Part shown: one piece after another, positions 11,163-24,116 of the stretch | How the letters are laid out: each line of letters starts with the position of its first letter | Numbering within the stretch: the stretch's first letter is position 1 | Origin: Heptranchias perlo | Taxonomy: Eukaryota | DNA length: 64,000 nt | Direction of reading: 5' to 3' | Assembly (NCBI RefSeq): GCF_035084215.1 | Contig: NC_090351.1 | Location: 13,640,001 to 13,704,000, forward strand | Program-made: the position numbers and the translations under genes | The notes under the pieces: model-generated | Told to the model about the DNA's origin: nothing | The model's database searches: none | What the model saw: only the letters and a program-made list of their open reading frames with translations

Positions 11163-13971
11163 GGTACATGGGAATGTATTAGTGAGAATAGTGGGTACCT
11201 GGGATTGTATTAGAGGGAATAGTGGGTACCTGGGATTGTATTAGAGGGAATAGTGGGTACCTGGGATTGTATTAGAGGGAATAGTGGGTACCTGGGATTG
11301 TATTAGAGAGAATAGTGGGTACCTGGGAATATATTAGAGGGAATAGTGGGTACCTGGGAATGTATTAGTGAGAATAGTGGGTACCTGGGAATGTATTAGA
11401 GGGAATAGTGGGTACCTGGGAATGTATTAGAGGGAATAGTGGGTACCTGGGAATGTATGAGAGGGAATAGTGGGTACCTGGGAATATATTAGAGGGAATA
11501 GTGGGTACCTGGGAATATATTAGAGGGAATAGTGGGTACCTGGGAATATATTAGAGGGAATAGTGGGTACCTGGGAATGTATTAGAGGGAATAGTGGGTA
11601 CCTGGGATTGTATTAGAGGGAATAGTGGGTACCTGGGAATGTATTAGAGGGAATAGTGGGTACCTGGGAATGTATTAGAGAGAATAGTGGGTACCTGGGA
11701 TTGTATGAGAGGGAATAGTGGGTACCTGGGAATATATTAGAGGGAATAGTGGGTCCCTGGGATTGTATTAGAGAGAATAGTGGGTACCTGGGAATGTATT
11801 AGTGAGAATAGTGGGTACCTGGGATTGTATTAGAGGGAATAGTGGGTACCTGGGATTGTATTAGAGAGAATAGTGGGTACCTGGGAATATATTAGAGGGA
11901 ATAGTGGGTCCCTGGGATTGTATTAGAGAGAATAGTGGGTACCTGGGAATGTATTAGTGAGAATAGTGGGTACCTGGGAATGTATTAGAGGGAATAGTGG
12001 GTCCCTGGGAATGTATTAGTGAGAATAGTGGGTACCTGGGATTGTATTAGAGGGAATAGTGGGTACATGGGAATGTATTAGAGGGAATAGTGGGTCCCTG
12101 GGATTGTATTAGAGAGAATAGTGGGTACCTGGGAATGTATTAGAGGGAATAGTGGGTCCCTGGGATTGTATTAGAGAGAATAGTGGGTACCTGGGAATGT
12201 ATTAGTGAGAATAGTGGGTACCTGGGAATGTATTAGAGGGAATAGTGGGTCCCTGGGATTGTATTAGAGAGAATAGTGGGTACCTGGGAATGTATTAGTG
12301 AGAATAGTGGGTCCCTGGGATTGTATTAGAGAGAATAGTGGGTACCTGGGAATGTATTAGTGAGAATAGTGGGTACCTGGGAATGTATTAGAGGGAATAG
12401 TGGGTCCCTGGGATTGTATTAGAGAGAATAGTGGGTACCTGGGAATGTATTAGTGAGAATAGTGGGTACCTGGGAATATATTAGAGGGAATAGTGGGTCC
12501 CTGGGATTGTATTAGAGAGAATAGTGGGTACCTGGGAATGTATTAGTGAGAATAGTGGGTACCTGGGAATGTATTAGAGGGAATAGTGGGTCCCTGGGAA
12601 TGTATTAGTGAGAATAGTGGGTACCTGGGATTGTATTAGAGGGAATAGTGGGTACATGGGAATATATTAGAGAGAATAGTGGGTACCTGGGAATGTATTA
12701 GAGGGAATAGTGGGTACCTGGGAATGTATTAGTGAGAATAGTGGGTACCTGGGAATGTATTAGTGAGAATAGTGGGTACCTGGGAATGTATGAGAGAGAA
12801 TAGTGGGTACCTGGGAATGTATTAGTGAGAATAGTGGGTACCTGGGAATGTATTAGTGAGAATAGTGGGTACCTGGGATTGTATTAGAGGGAATAGTGGG
12901 TACCTGGGAATGTATGAGAGGGAATAGTGGGTACCTGGGATTGTATTAGTGAGAATAGTGGGTACCTGGGATTGTATTAGAGGGAATAGTGGGTACCTGG
13001 GAATGTATGAGAGGGAATAGTGGGTACCTGGGAATGTATTAGAGAGAATAGTGGGTACCTGGGATTGTATTAGAGGGAATAGTGGGTACCTGGGAATGTA
13101 TTAGAGAGAATAGTGGGTACCTGGGATTGTATTAGAGGGAATAGTGGGTACCTGGGATTGTATTAGTGAGAATAGTGGGTACCTGGGAATGTATTAGAGA
13201 GAATAGTGGGTACCTGGGATTGTATTAGAGAGAATAGTGGGTACCTGGGATTGTATTAGAGGGAATAGTGGGTACCTGGGAATGTATTAGAGAGAATAGT
13301 GGGTACCTGGGATTGTATTAGAGAGAATAGTGGGTACCTGGGATTGTATTAGAGAGAATAGTGGGTACCTGAGATTGTATTAGTGAGAATAGTGGGTACC
13401 TGGGAATGTATTAGAGAGAATAGTGGGTACCTGGGATTGTATTAGAGAGAATAGTGGGTACCTGGGATTGTATTAGAGGGAATAGTGGGTACCTGGGAAT
13501 GTATTAGTGAGAATAGTGGGTACCTGGGATTGTATTAGAGAGAATAGTGGGTACCTGGGATTGTATTAGTGAGAATAGTGGGTACCTGGGAATGTATTAG
13601 AGGGAATAGTGGGTACCTGGGAATGTATTAGAGGGAATAGTGGGTACCTGGGAATGTATTAGAGAGAATAGTGGGTACCTGGGAATGTATTAGAGGGAAT
13701 AGTGGGTACCTGGGAATGTATTAGAGAGAATCGTGGGTACCTGGGAATATATTAGTGAGAATAGTGGGTACATGGGAATGTATTAGTGAGAATAGTGGGT
13801 ACCTGGGAATGTATTAGAGAGAATAGTGGGTACCTGGGAATATATTAGAGAGAATAGTGGGTACCTGGGAATGTATTAGAGGGAATAGTGGGTACCTGGG
13901 AATGTATTAGAGAGAATAGTGGGTACCTGGGAATATATTAGAGAGAATAGTGGGTACCTGGGAATGTATTA
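11163..13971 (+). repeat. 31-bp minisatellite, about 90 tandem copies, consensus GGGTACCTGGGAATGTATTAGAGGGAATAGT
   Basis: Period 31 (ggtac at 11163, 11194 and onward); 2809 bp / 31 is about 90.6 units; substitutions at only a few positions. Confidence 0.98.
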
Positions 13972-14772
13972 CACAAAGACTAGTGGTCCTTGAGCATGAA
14001 TTGTACAGAAAACCAGTCAATCTTCAGTGGCATTGCTCATGGATAGAAATGAAAATAAGATTTGGTATCACTTCCTGTAACTGTCTCGCCTTCTCTCTTC
14101 CACTGTCTTTTTTTTCTGGCTTCCACATTTTATCTATGCCTTAATGCTCTCAATCACTTCCTCTAGTCTTCTCTGTACTTCTCCATTTGTCTGTAACACT
14201 TCTTTCTCTCTCCATTTCTCTGCAAGTCTGCCCTCCCCTTGGTCTCCTGTTGCTTTTCCCATTGTATCAGTCAGTATCTTACATGTGTCGCTTTTGCTGA
14301 CATCTAGGAATTATGTAACACACGCAGGTGAGAGAGAAACTAGGGGTATGGGCCAGTGCATGTCTGAAGATGGAGCGGAGAGGGAGCGCAGGAGGCCCAA
14401 GGCCTGAAGCTGGTATAGGAAGGAAGATGAGCTCGAGGGCCAAAGATGAAATGGAGGGAGGGGGAGGTTTTGTGACATTGGCCTCTGTGTTTGGGGACCA
14501 GGGGAGTGATGCCAGCAGATGAGGTGGGAGACATAGCAGGATACCACTGTTGACTGGCAGCAAGAAAGTTTTAAGAAGGCACACGGGCTCAGACAGTGTG
14601 GGGACAGTTTGTTCGACGGTGATTTCACAAGTGCTGAACCTGCTGCTCCTCGAACTTCACTTTTTAGAAGCAGCAGGTTGAGCACCCTGCAAATCCGCTG
14701 AACTGCCAGGACCGAGCCCACTTAAAATTCGCACGTGCGTGCCAACCACCAGCTTTGTAAACTTGCCAGTCT

Positions 14773-16433
14773 TGAGTGCAAAAGACAAGGCTGAAGTGTT
14801 TGCAACCATCTTCAGCCAGAAGTGCCGAGTGGGTGATCCATCTCGGCCTCCTCCTGATATCCCCACCATCACAGAAGCCAGTCTTCAGCCAATTCGATTC
14901 ACTCCACGTGATATCTAGAAACTGTAAGTGCACTGGATACAGCAAAGGCTATGGGCCCCAACAACATCCCGGCTGTAGTGCTGAAGACTTATGCTCCAGA
15001 ACTAGCTGCGCCCCTAGCCAAGCAGTTCCAGTACAGCTACAACACTGGCATCTACCCGACAAAGTGGAAAATTGCCCAGGTATGTCCTATCCACAAAAAG
15101 CAGGACAAATCCAATCTGGCCAATTACCGCCCCATCAGTCTACTCTCAATCATCAGCAAAGTGATGGAAGGTGTCGTCGACAGTGCTATCAAGCGGCACT
15201 TACTCACCAATAACCTGCTCACCGATGCTGAGTTTGGGTTCCGCCAGGACCACTCGGCTCCAGACCTCATTACAGCCTTGGTCCAAACATGGACAGAAGA
15301 GCTGAATTCCAGAGGTGAGGTGAGAGTGATTGCCCTTGACATCAAGACAGCATTTGATCGAGTGTGGCACCAAGGAGCCCTAGTAAAATTGAAGCCAATG
15401 GGAATCAGGGAGAAAACTCTCCAGTGGCTGGAGTCATACCTGGCACAATGGAAGATGGTAGTGGTTGTTGGAGGCCAATCATCTCAGCCCGAGGACATTG
15501 CTGCAGGAGTTCCTCAGGGCAGTGTCCTAGGCCCAACCATCTTCAGCTGCTTCATCAATGACCTTCCCTCCATCATAAGGTCAGAAATGGGGATGTGTGC
15601 TGATGATTGCAGAGTGTTCAGATCCATTTGCAACCCCTCAGATAATGAAGCAGTCCGTGCCCCCATGCAGCAAGATCGGGACATCACCAGGCTTGGGCTG
15701 ATAAGTGGCAAGTAACATTCACACCAGACAAGTGCCAGGTAATGACCATCTCCAACAAGAGAGAGTCTAACCACCTCCCCATGCCACTCAACGGCATTAC
15801 CATCACTGAATCCCTCACCATCAACATCCTGTGGGTCACCAGAGGCTGGGTATTCTGTGGCGATTGACTCACCTCCTGAATCTCCAAAGCCTTTCTACCA
15901 TTTACAAGGCACAAGTCAGGAGTGTGATAGAATACTCTTCATTTGCCTGAGTGAGTGCAGCTCCAACAACACTCAAGAAGCTTGACACCATCCAGGACAA
16001 AGCAGCCCGCTTGATTGGCACCCTATCCACCATCTTAAACATTCACTACCTCTACCACAGGGCACCATGGCTGCAGTGTGTACCATCTACAAGATGCACT
16101 GCAGCTACTCACCAAGGCTTCTTGTACAGCACCTTCCAAACCCTCTACTACCTAGAAGGACAAGTGCAGCAGACGCATGGGAACACCATCACCTGCACGT
16201 TCCCCTCCAAGCCACACACCATCCTGACTTTGAAATATATCGCCGTTCCTTCATCGTCGCTGGGTCAAAATCCTGGAACTCCCTTCCTAACAGCATTGTG
16301 CGAGAACCTTCACCACATGGACTGCAGCGGTTCAAGAAGGTGGCTCACCACCACCTTCTCAAGGGCAATTAGGGATGGGCAATAAATGCTGGCCTTGCCA
16401 GCGAAGCCCACACCCCATGAATGAATTTTAAAA
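14773..16433 (+). mobile_element. 5'-truncated non-LTR retrotransposon of a second (CR1/Jockey-group-like) family
   Basis: RT ORF 14951-15715 ([37 protein letters not shown]); 3' end gggcaataaatgctggccttgccagcga. Confidence 0.9.
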
Positions 16434-17890
16434 GTCAATGATTTAGCCCAAGTATGTAAGGAGTGACATTAATAATCAATGAAAATATAATAGATCACAA
16501 ACCCAGGCCTGGAGGCAGTCAGTCAGGTCAACCTGAGAGCACAAAATACAGCCTCCCACTCCTACAAACCATGTTTTTTGTACGTTTGATAGTGTTTTTA
16601 ATGATTGCAATGAAAAGGGTTTGTTATTTCCAGTAGAAGAAAATAAATCTTTTTGACAAGAGGCGAAAGAGCAGTATTGGCCAGAAATGACTGACAGTGA
16701 TAATAGGAGACGAATGCTCGACACGTTTGACTGACTTTCCTCTCTCTGCTAGTTTTATTGGAGGGCATTAATCCATTTGTTTTAACGAGGTTAACCCTTC
16801 TGTTCAAACAGAGGACAGAGGACCGTCAGATGAGTGTGTTAAGCAGTTATCCGCTATTATCACCAACTGTTTCAAGCCTCAACTGGTACCAAATATTTGA
16901 AATGCACAGTGAGTTGATCAGCATCTCGAAGGGGAAATGTTTGGGTGCGGCCCTTCACCAGAATTCCATTCCACGATTTAGTTTTAATGTTACTGACTTA
17001 CCCTTATCCCCCATCTGAAGGTACTTAAAAAATAAAAGTTGTTAATTTAAACTAGCTAAATCAGTACAGCCACAATTCCTGTAAACTCATGCCTGCCTCT
17101 GGGCTTCACTAGGGTCTGGGACAGGAACAAGGGGCAGATGTGATAGTGGTAAGACTTACTGGAGCCTGCATGGTTGTATTGAAGTCTGTACAACTACTTT
17201 TATTTTCATTTTCTTATTTAAGTTATCTGTAGCTCTTCCAGGAGAAATTATTTTTGGCAGAGTTACAGGAGGCTCCAAAATGTCAGAAAATGTATCAAAA
17301 TCTAAATTTTTTGGAGATGGTCCCAGGGCCCCCTGGAAAAGACATCTTTTGCCTTCAGCGCTCACATCTCCCTTCAGTAAGTTCTCAATCCACTACACTT
17401 TTCTGTTAAAAGTAATGGAATGTTGGCTGTAACGGCAGATCGAGTTATGATAAGCCTGTATCCTACTCCATTTTCAGTCTAACTCCTGGTCTTCATATGT
17501 CAGAAGGCCTATTCTTGGTCTGCCAGCCTTTTTTCTGGGGGCTGTCAGTTAGCCGATGCCTGTTTTCAAGGTTGGTGTGTATTTTTGTAGCCCTGGTCTC
17601 CTGCATCACCTGCTACACTTCCAGCTTGGGGAGAAGGGCTTGTGGCCACAAAGAGTAGCAGAGCGGGCACAGAACCTGGGATAGTGGCAAGGGATGACGC
17701 TGTTCCCATAACTACTGTGAAGGTGGGAGAGAGGCAGAGGGAAGCCAGAGCTGGAGCACTCAATATGGGGAGGGAGCAGAGGCAAGGCAGAGTGAGTGGG
17801 GGATTAATCAACCAAGGAATGGGGAGAATTATCACAGTGGGTCAAAACAATCTGTGGTGTAACCTGGATCAATAGTGAGATTGGATTGGA

Positions 17891-18357
17891 GTCAGCTGTG
17901 GCTCAGAGGGTAGCACTCTTGCCTTCTCAGTCAGAAGGTTGTGGGTTCAAGTCCTACTCCAGAGACATAAGCACAAAATCTAGGCTGACACTCCAGTGCA
18001 GTACTTAGGGAGTGCTGCACTGTTGGAGCTGCTGTTGTTTGGATGAGACATTAAACCAAGGCCTTGTCTGCCCCCTCAGGTGGATGTTAAAGATCCCATG
18101 GCATTATTTTGAAGAAGAGCAGGGGAGTTCTTCCTGGTGTCCTGGCCAATATTTATCCCTCAATCAACACCTAAAAAAACAGATTATTTGGTCATTATCA
18201 CATTGCTGTTTGTGGGACCTTGCTGTGTGTAAATTGGCTGCCATGTTTCCTACATAACAACAGTGACTACACTTCAAAAGTACTTCATTGGCTGTAATGC
18301 AATTTGGGATGTCCGGAGGTCGTAAAAGGTGCTGTATAAATACAAGTTCTTTCTTTC
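17891..18357 (+). mobile_element. Full-length Deu-domain tRNA-SINE (SacSINE1-like)
   Basis: tRNA head (TGGCTCAG...GGTTCAAGTCC), Deu-like core ggatgagacattaaacc...aaagatcccatggca...gtgtcctggccaa, L2-like tail tataaatacaag. Confidence 0.85.
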
Positions 18358-19779
18358 TCCTTTATACTAACAGCATGACACAGTGGACCAATATTGGCAC
18401 ACTACAATATTACAAAAATTATATACATAGATTGTAAATAAGAGATAATAGATACAAGTGAATTACACAGACAATGGATACCTGTGAGTACACTGTAAGC
18501 CTATTAGAGATGTGGGAGGAATGGGTCAGATTATATCACAAGTGAAACTTGAGTGATTATTTTAAAAACAGGATTTTTTTTTAGACGAGTGATTTATAAA
18601 CATCATATAAACAGTAAGATTGTTACAGCTTTGAAGTTACTCACTTTTATCTGCTTGAACGTCTGGAACCTTCTTTCTTCCAGAGAGGTGTTGGTTGGCA
18701 GCTAGCTTTGCAGCTATATAGGGGAGGGGGCACAGTAAGGGGGGGTTGCGAACCAAATTTTCCCCCCGCCTTTAAAAGGAACACGCAAGTGTGATGAGCG
18801 CGGAGGACAACAAAGTGCAGAGATAGAAAAGGACAGTCAAGCAGTTCCCCCAGTTTCTCACTTCATAAGGGTACCATGCAGTCAGAATGCTTCCGATTTA
18901 ATTTCCAGTCTCTGTTGAGCTAGCTTATCTCATCTAAGGCATCACTGAGGGACTACAATGATTCCAGGCCCCGATTTTAACTCTTCCTCCACCCCCCTCC
19001 CAACCTCCTGGCAGTCACTTGCCCCTTCTGGTCCCATTGCCTTCAAGCCGTGTCCCGATGTTAACCTGCTCCCCCATCACAATTAATCTTTTATTTCTAG
19101 GTGCCTATTTTCCAGCACTGAGAAAAGGAAAATAGGGGACAGAATGAAATGTGTCCATCCTGTTTATTTTTTCCCATTTCATTTTCTGCTCACCACATGT
19201 CCTAACTCCAGGCGAGACACTTGGGTAACCTGGTCCTCCATCACCACCAATGCTCCTGTGAACCAGCAGCCAGGGCAGGGGTGATCTTTCCTCCAATTTT
19301 CCCTCTCCCCCCATGGATATGGAACTGGGCTTTGCTTGTTGCTTCCCCAAAGTGACGAGCCTCTGTCTCACTGCACTGTGGTGCTGGGCTTCAGCAGGTC
19401 AAAGCACCAAGTCACCACACTGCCCAAGGAGTGAGTCTTTGGCTTAGGTAGTATACCTATTCCTAAATCAGAAGTCCAGACAGTCCTGGCGAGTGGAGAC
19501 TGGAGCTCTGGCTCTGAATTCTGTGTTGACATCCAGCGTGATACTTGTGTCCAGTGGGTGTGGATGGCCTCCCCTCATCGCATAGGTTGTGAGAGTCCAT
19601 AAAACCCTCCCGCTGTATAGGACTAACTACCCCAGCGGCTGGTGTAAAGATGGTTATGGCCGTGGTAGGTGAGGTCACATCGTGTCAGACTGTTAATCAG
19701 CCCATGAATCTTCACACTATGCTCCAAGGGAAGAGTGTGAAGATGTGAAAACATCAATCTGCTGACTAAAACCTCTTTA

Positions 19780-20180
19780 TTTACATATTGGGTCTGAGAC
19801 AAGACTCAACCTTCCCTCAGTTTTCAGGCTTTGAGGACTATGGAGGGAATTCACAAAGTTGATCCAGGTAACCTGTTCACCATGGTGAGGGGGAGGGGTG
19901 GGGAGAGGTGGGGGAGCGGGGGGAAGAGGCAGGGGAGGGGGGAGGTGTTCAAATACCAGGGAACACAAGTTTAAAAATTAGGAAGTTTGAGTAGGAAAGG
20001 AAGTCAAATGGGAATTTTTCACCCAAGAAGGAATTTATTGAGTCAGGCACTATAATGGGTTCTAGGTGCAATTAGATGCATTTCTAGAGAGAGAAGGGAT
20101 TGAAGTATATGGTGAGAGGCAGGTAGGTGGAACAAGCTTTTTGGGCCTTAATGGCTTTTCCCCGCTTCTAAAAATTTCTA
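19780..20180 (+). mobile_element. Highly decayed CR1 3' fragment
   Basis: accagggaacacaagtttaaa...ttttcacccaag...ttagatgcatttcta, CR1 3'-end pattern. Confidence 0.55.
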
Positions 20181-21404
20181 TGTTGCCTTCATAGGGTTCC
20201 CAAGTTTTTTGATTCTATTACTCAACGGATCACTATGCTGTGACTAGGAACACACACATCTTGTAATCACAAACCTCGACCACCACCCATTTGCAGAACC
20301 AGATAGACAATTTAAGCAGAACAAAAGCCATTTGTTGAGGAGTAACTTCAATGAGAGCAGCAGTTTGTGACACTTGAACTACAGTACAAATCTAAATATA
20401 AACCTAACTCAAATCCATAGAATCCAATATCCTTGTTGCACAAGAGGCAAAAAAGATTCTAACATTTTGCTAGCATAGATTTTATGAATTTAGATTTAGG
20501 GAGATCTTTGCACTTCATTTACAGAAGCAAATAGCTTCCAGTTTAATTAGTTCTGTTCTCCAGTGAAGAGTCTGCATTATCCTTTGCTCATCAATCAGAT
20601 TCTATGGATTTTTATTATGTTTTATAAGAGTGCTCCCTCATATTCTTCAAAATCTGTTTATAAAAGTCAAATTTCAACTTTCTAGAAGATACTTTTTGTT
20701 CATGGATTTATCTCCCTGAATGGTAAGAATTTATAGCCAGATATCTCTGTTCTTATGGTTTGCCTTTTATAAACTTTTTTACAGTTGCAATTCAGATCGA
20801 CTAACATTGGATGCAAAATATTTACATCAAAGCCACTTCAAGGAATATTTTAGCCTGTTAGTGAAAAAATAGGCTTCCCTGCTTTATAATTGCATCAACT
20901 TTTTTGCTAATGTTAGCAGAGGTAAATATACTCTTCAGTTATAACCCAAGAATAACGCTTCAAATCAAAGATAAAAATGAAGTATTTGCTTCTAAAACTT
21001 GGTCTTACTGAAGAATATGGTGATGGAGAGATGTGAGTGGTTATAACATTATGGCGGTATGATATGGAACGTTATGGTGAATCAAACCAAGGCTTCCTGC
21101 CTGTGCTCTGGTCCACAAGCTGCATAACTTCAGGGTCATCCCAGCACTTAGTGGGATTTTGTGACATCAGCAACACAGTCAGTGCTTTCCAACATCCCAG
21201 AATTTCCTGTGTGCACAGGAAAATGGTGCTGAAGATCTGCTCTGTACTCGGATAACACCAATACCCTACCAGCAACTTGAATTGGTACTCCAATTTAGGA
21301 GTGATGGGCTGCACACAGTCTGGAAGGGTGCGTTATTGAGTATCAATTAACTGAATAATAATCAGAAATGAAACAGACAGTTATATTTAGGAAAATAGCT
21401 CAAA

Positions 21405-22128
21405 GCTCTACCACCTCCCCTTGACATTCAACGGCATTACCATCGCCGAATCCCCCACCATCAACATCCTGGGGGTCACCATTGACCAGAAACTTAACTG
21501 GACCAGCCACAATACTGTGGTTACAAGAGCAGGTCAGAGGCTGGGTATTCTGCGGCGAGTGACTCACTTCCTGACTCCCCAAAGCCTTTCCACAAGGTAC
21601 AAGTCAGGAGTGTGATGGAATACTCTCCACTTGCCTGGATGAGTGCAGCTCCAACAACACTCAACAAGCTCGACACCATCTAGGACAAAGCAGGTCGCTT
21701 TGGCATTCCATCCACCACCCTAAATATTCACTCCCTTCACCATCAGTGCATCGTGGCTGCAGTGTGTACCATCCACAGGATGCACTGTAGCAACTTGCCA
21801 AGGCTTCTTCAACAGCATCTCCCAAACCCACGACCTCTACCACCTAGAAGGACAAGGGCGGCAGGCACATGGGAACAACACCACCTGCACGTTCCCCTCC
21901 AAGTCACACACCATCCTGACTTGGAAATATATTGCTATTCCTTCATCGTCGTTGGGTCAAAATCCTGGAACTCCCTACCTAACAGCACTGTGGGAGAACC
22001 TTCACCACACGGACTGCAGCGGTTCATGAAGGCAGCTCACCACCACCTTCTCAAGGGCAATTAGGGATGGGCAATAAATGCTGGCCTTGCCAGCGACGCC
22101 TACATCCCATGAACGAATAAAAAAAAAA
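21405..22128 (+). mobile_element. 3' fragment of the second LINE family
   Basis: Homologous to 15765-16430; ends cccatgaacgaataaaaaaaaaa. Confidence 0.9.
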
Positions 22129-22278
22129 GTTACAAAAACGTTTCAGGCTATATTTAGTCATTGTCCATATAAGGGGAGATGGTTGAAGCTTCACAGGAAT
22201 TTGTTGTTGAGGACGGAAACCGTGTACGACTAAAATTCCAGGAAACAAACTGATCGAAGCAGAAAGGAATGTTAAATT

Positions 22279-23042
22279 GGCTTAATATACGGTCCACAGG
22301 GTTGGCTTTCACGTGACCGCTTCCATCGAGCGGGAGGCGGATGGAGCGAGTGGAAGCAGTTCGACACCTGAGCCATTTTCATAGTCGGGCCTCATTAGCG
22401 TTCCATCTGTGAGCTGTTTACACTTTAGGGGGAGACGTGAAATCTGGCAGCACACCATGGAACCCAACCAGGCCAGGTAAGTTAAAGGGAGGTGGGTAGA
22501 GAGGCGATCCTGGGGAAGAGTCGGGCATTGGGCGGGGTGGGGGGTTGATTTGAAGCGTTACTCTTGGGTTATAACTGAAGAGTATATTTTCCTCTGCTAA
22601 TATTAGCAAAAAGCACTGCTCCTCTTAGCCCCACAAAAATCATTTAAAAGCCTTTTTCTAAAAAAAAAAATTCAGCGGCCTGCTGTGGCCCCCTTAAGGA
22701 CCGCTGGTTAGGCCATTCCACGTCAAATACCAATGTGAAGAGTGTGCCTGGTGCATGCTTCTACCATTGGTACCTTAATTGCATTAGGGTCCTATTGATG
22801 TCATCGGACCATGTTTCGAATCGGCTAATGAGGCTCCCACCTGTTCCCGACAGGCAGCTGGGCCGCCCATTTCAAGCCCCCCACCAAAATGGCGGCGATC
22901 CAGATCGCCGCCATTTTGGTGGGGGGCTTGAAATGGGCGGCCCAGGAACGGGGGCAGTAAATACTGTGCTGCTATTTTCATCATATTATAGCCCCGTCCC
23001 CGACCAGTGGGGAGCAGGGGAAGGGGGATGAAAATTGGCCCC
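22279..23042. mobile_element. Degenerate GC-rich non-autonomous DNA element (probably Harbinger-derived)
   Basis: Imperfect termini gggttggctttca and tgaaaattggccc; internal motifs shared with 30470-31410 and 42405-43308. Confidence 0.45.
22858..22945. repeat. Perfect 43-bp inverted repeat with a 2-nt loop
   Basis: ctgggccgcccatttcaagccccccaccaaaatggcggcgatc, then CA, then the exact reverse complement. Confidence 0.97.
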
Positions 23043-23203
23043 CATTTCTCTCTGGAGATGATCCACTTTTGGGGGAGATGGCTTGCCTCTTGTTTGGTTC
23101 CTTTGCTCACATTCTGCCTGAGATTAGGAACTCATTATATGGTGAATCATGGGCTGAAATCAATCGGCAATGAAATCCCTTGCCACAAGAACAGTATGAA
23201 GGA

Positions 23204-23388
23204 AAATCAAAATACTGCGGATGCTGGAAACCTGAAATAAAAACAGAAAATGCTGGAAATACTCAACACATCAGGCAACATCTGTGGAGAGAGAAATTAT
23301 TCTGACAAAGGGTCATCGACCTGAAACGTTAACTCTGTTTCTTTCTCCACAGATGCTGCCTGACTTGCTGAGTATTTTCTGTTTTTAT
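23204..23388. mobile_element. Older fold-back Penelope-like element remnant with a degenerate hammerhead core; related fragment at 55234-55317
   Basis: Arms tcaggcaacatctgtggaga and tctccacagatgctgcctga; core CTGACAA-AG-GGTC atc GACC-T-GAAA-CG-TT; degenerate flanking direct repeat. Confidence 0.65.
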
Positions 23389-24116
23389 AACAGGATGGAG
23401 GAGGCTGACTACCATTCAATCTGTGCCATTTAATTTATATTCTGAAGAACCAAAATCATCCTAACTTGACAAATAAATCACCTTCCATGTCTAGTACAAA
23501 ATCTGATAATGGAAAGTTTGTTTTGTGTTATCTGACCAACTGGCAGTCAAACATGTGGGGCCCACCTCTCCAATCTGATAGTGACCTGTGGTCCTAATCA
23601 CATCCACATTGTGAATACAGAGTCTTAGGAATAAGTAAGTACAACAAACTTTATTTTGTTATGTCTCAGGAGTATTAAGCAAAATTGGAGGCTGACATTT
23701 CCCAGCTTCAGGTTGTTTTCAGAAGTACTTTAGAATTGATGAAAATTATGGGATGATGGAGCTTTAAAAAGACTTTAAATTAACTTGGCATCATCCCTTT
23801 TGCGATGTTTTCTTTGGAATTTTGCCACCGACCAGCTGTCTGAAACAACCTTTTCAGCCCCATATCATATCCATATTCCTAACTGTATTGAAATTCATAA
23901 ATTAAAGGACAGTTTCTCTATTTATTTTTTGACCTGTTACGAATTGACTAGTCTTTTTACTATCGTGGTAATCCATTCACTAGGAGGTTGATTGTAAAGG
24001 CATTAACCTGAACTCAATTGGTAACTAAATGATTGCAAAGTATAAACTGCAACGTTCTTTCACTTATCATTTCAGACCGAAAGCTGTTTAAAAAGATTGA
24101 AACTACTGGATTCCAA

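Noticed and set aside
11163-13971. CRISPR array
   Set aside because: The units are head-to-tail with no unique spacers, there are no cas genes, and the context is vertebrate.
17891-17965. tRNA gene
   Set aside because: The A and B boxes belong to a SINE head that continues into the Deu core; no complete cloverleaf is evident.
18700-18870. Alternative promoter or first exon (TATATAG, G-rich, some CpG)
   Set aside because: There is no convincing splice donor, and the evidence is too weak from sequence alone.
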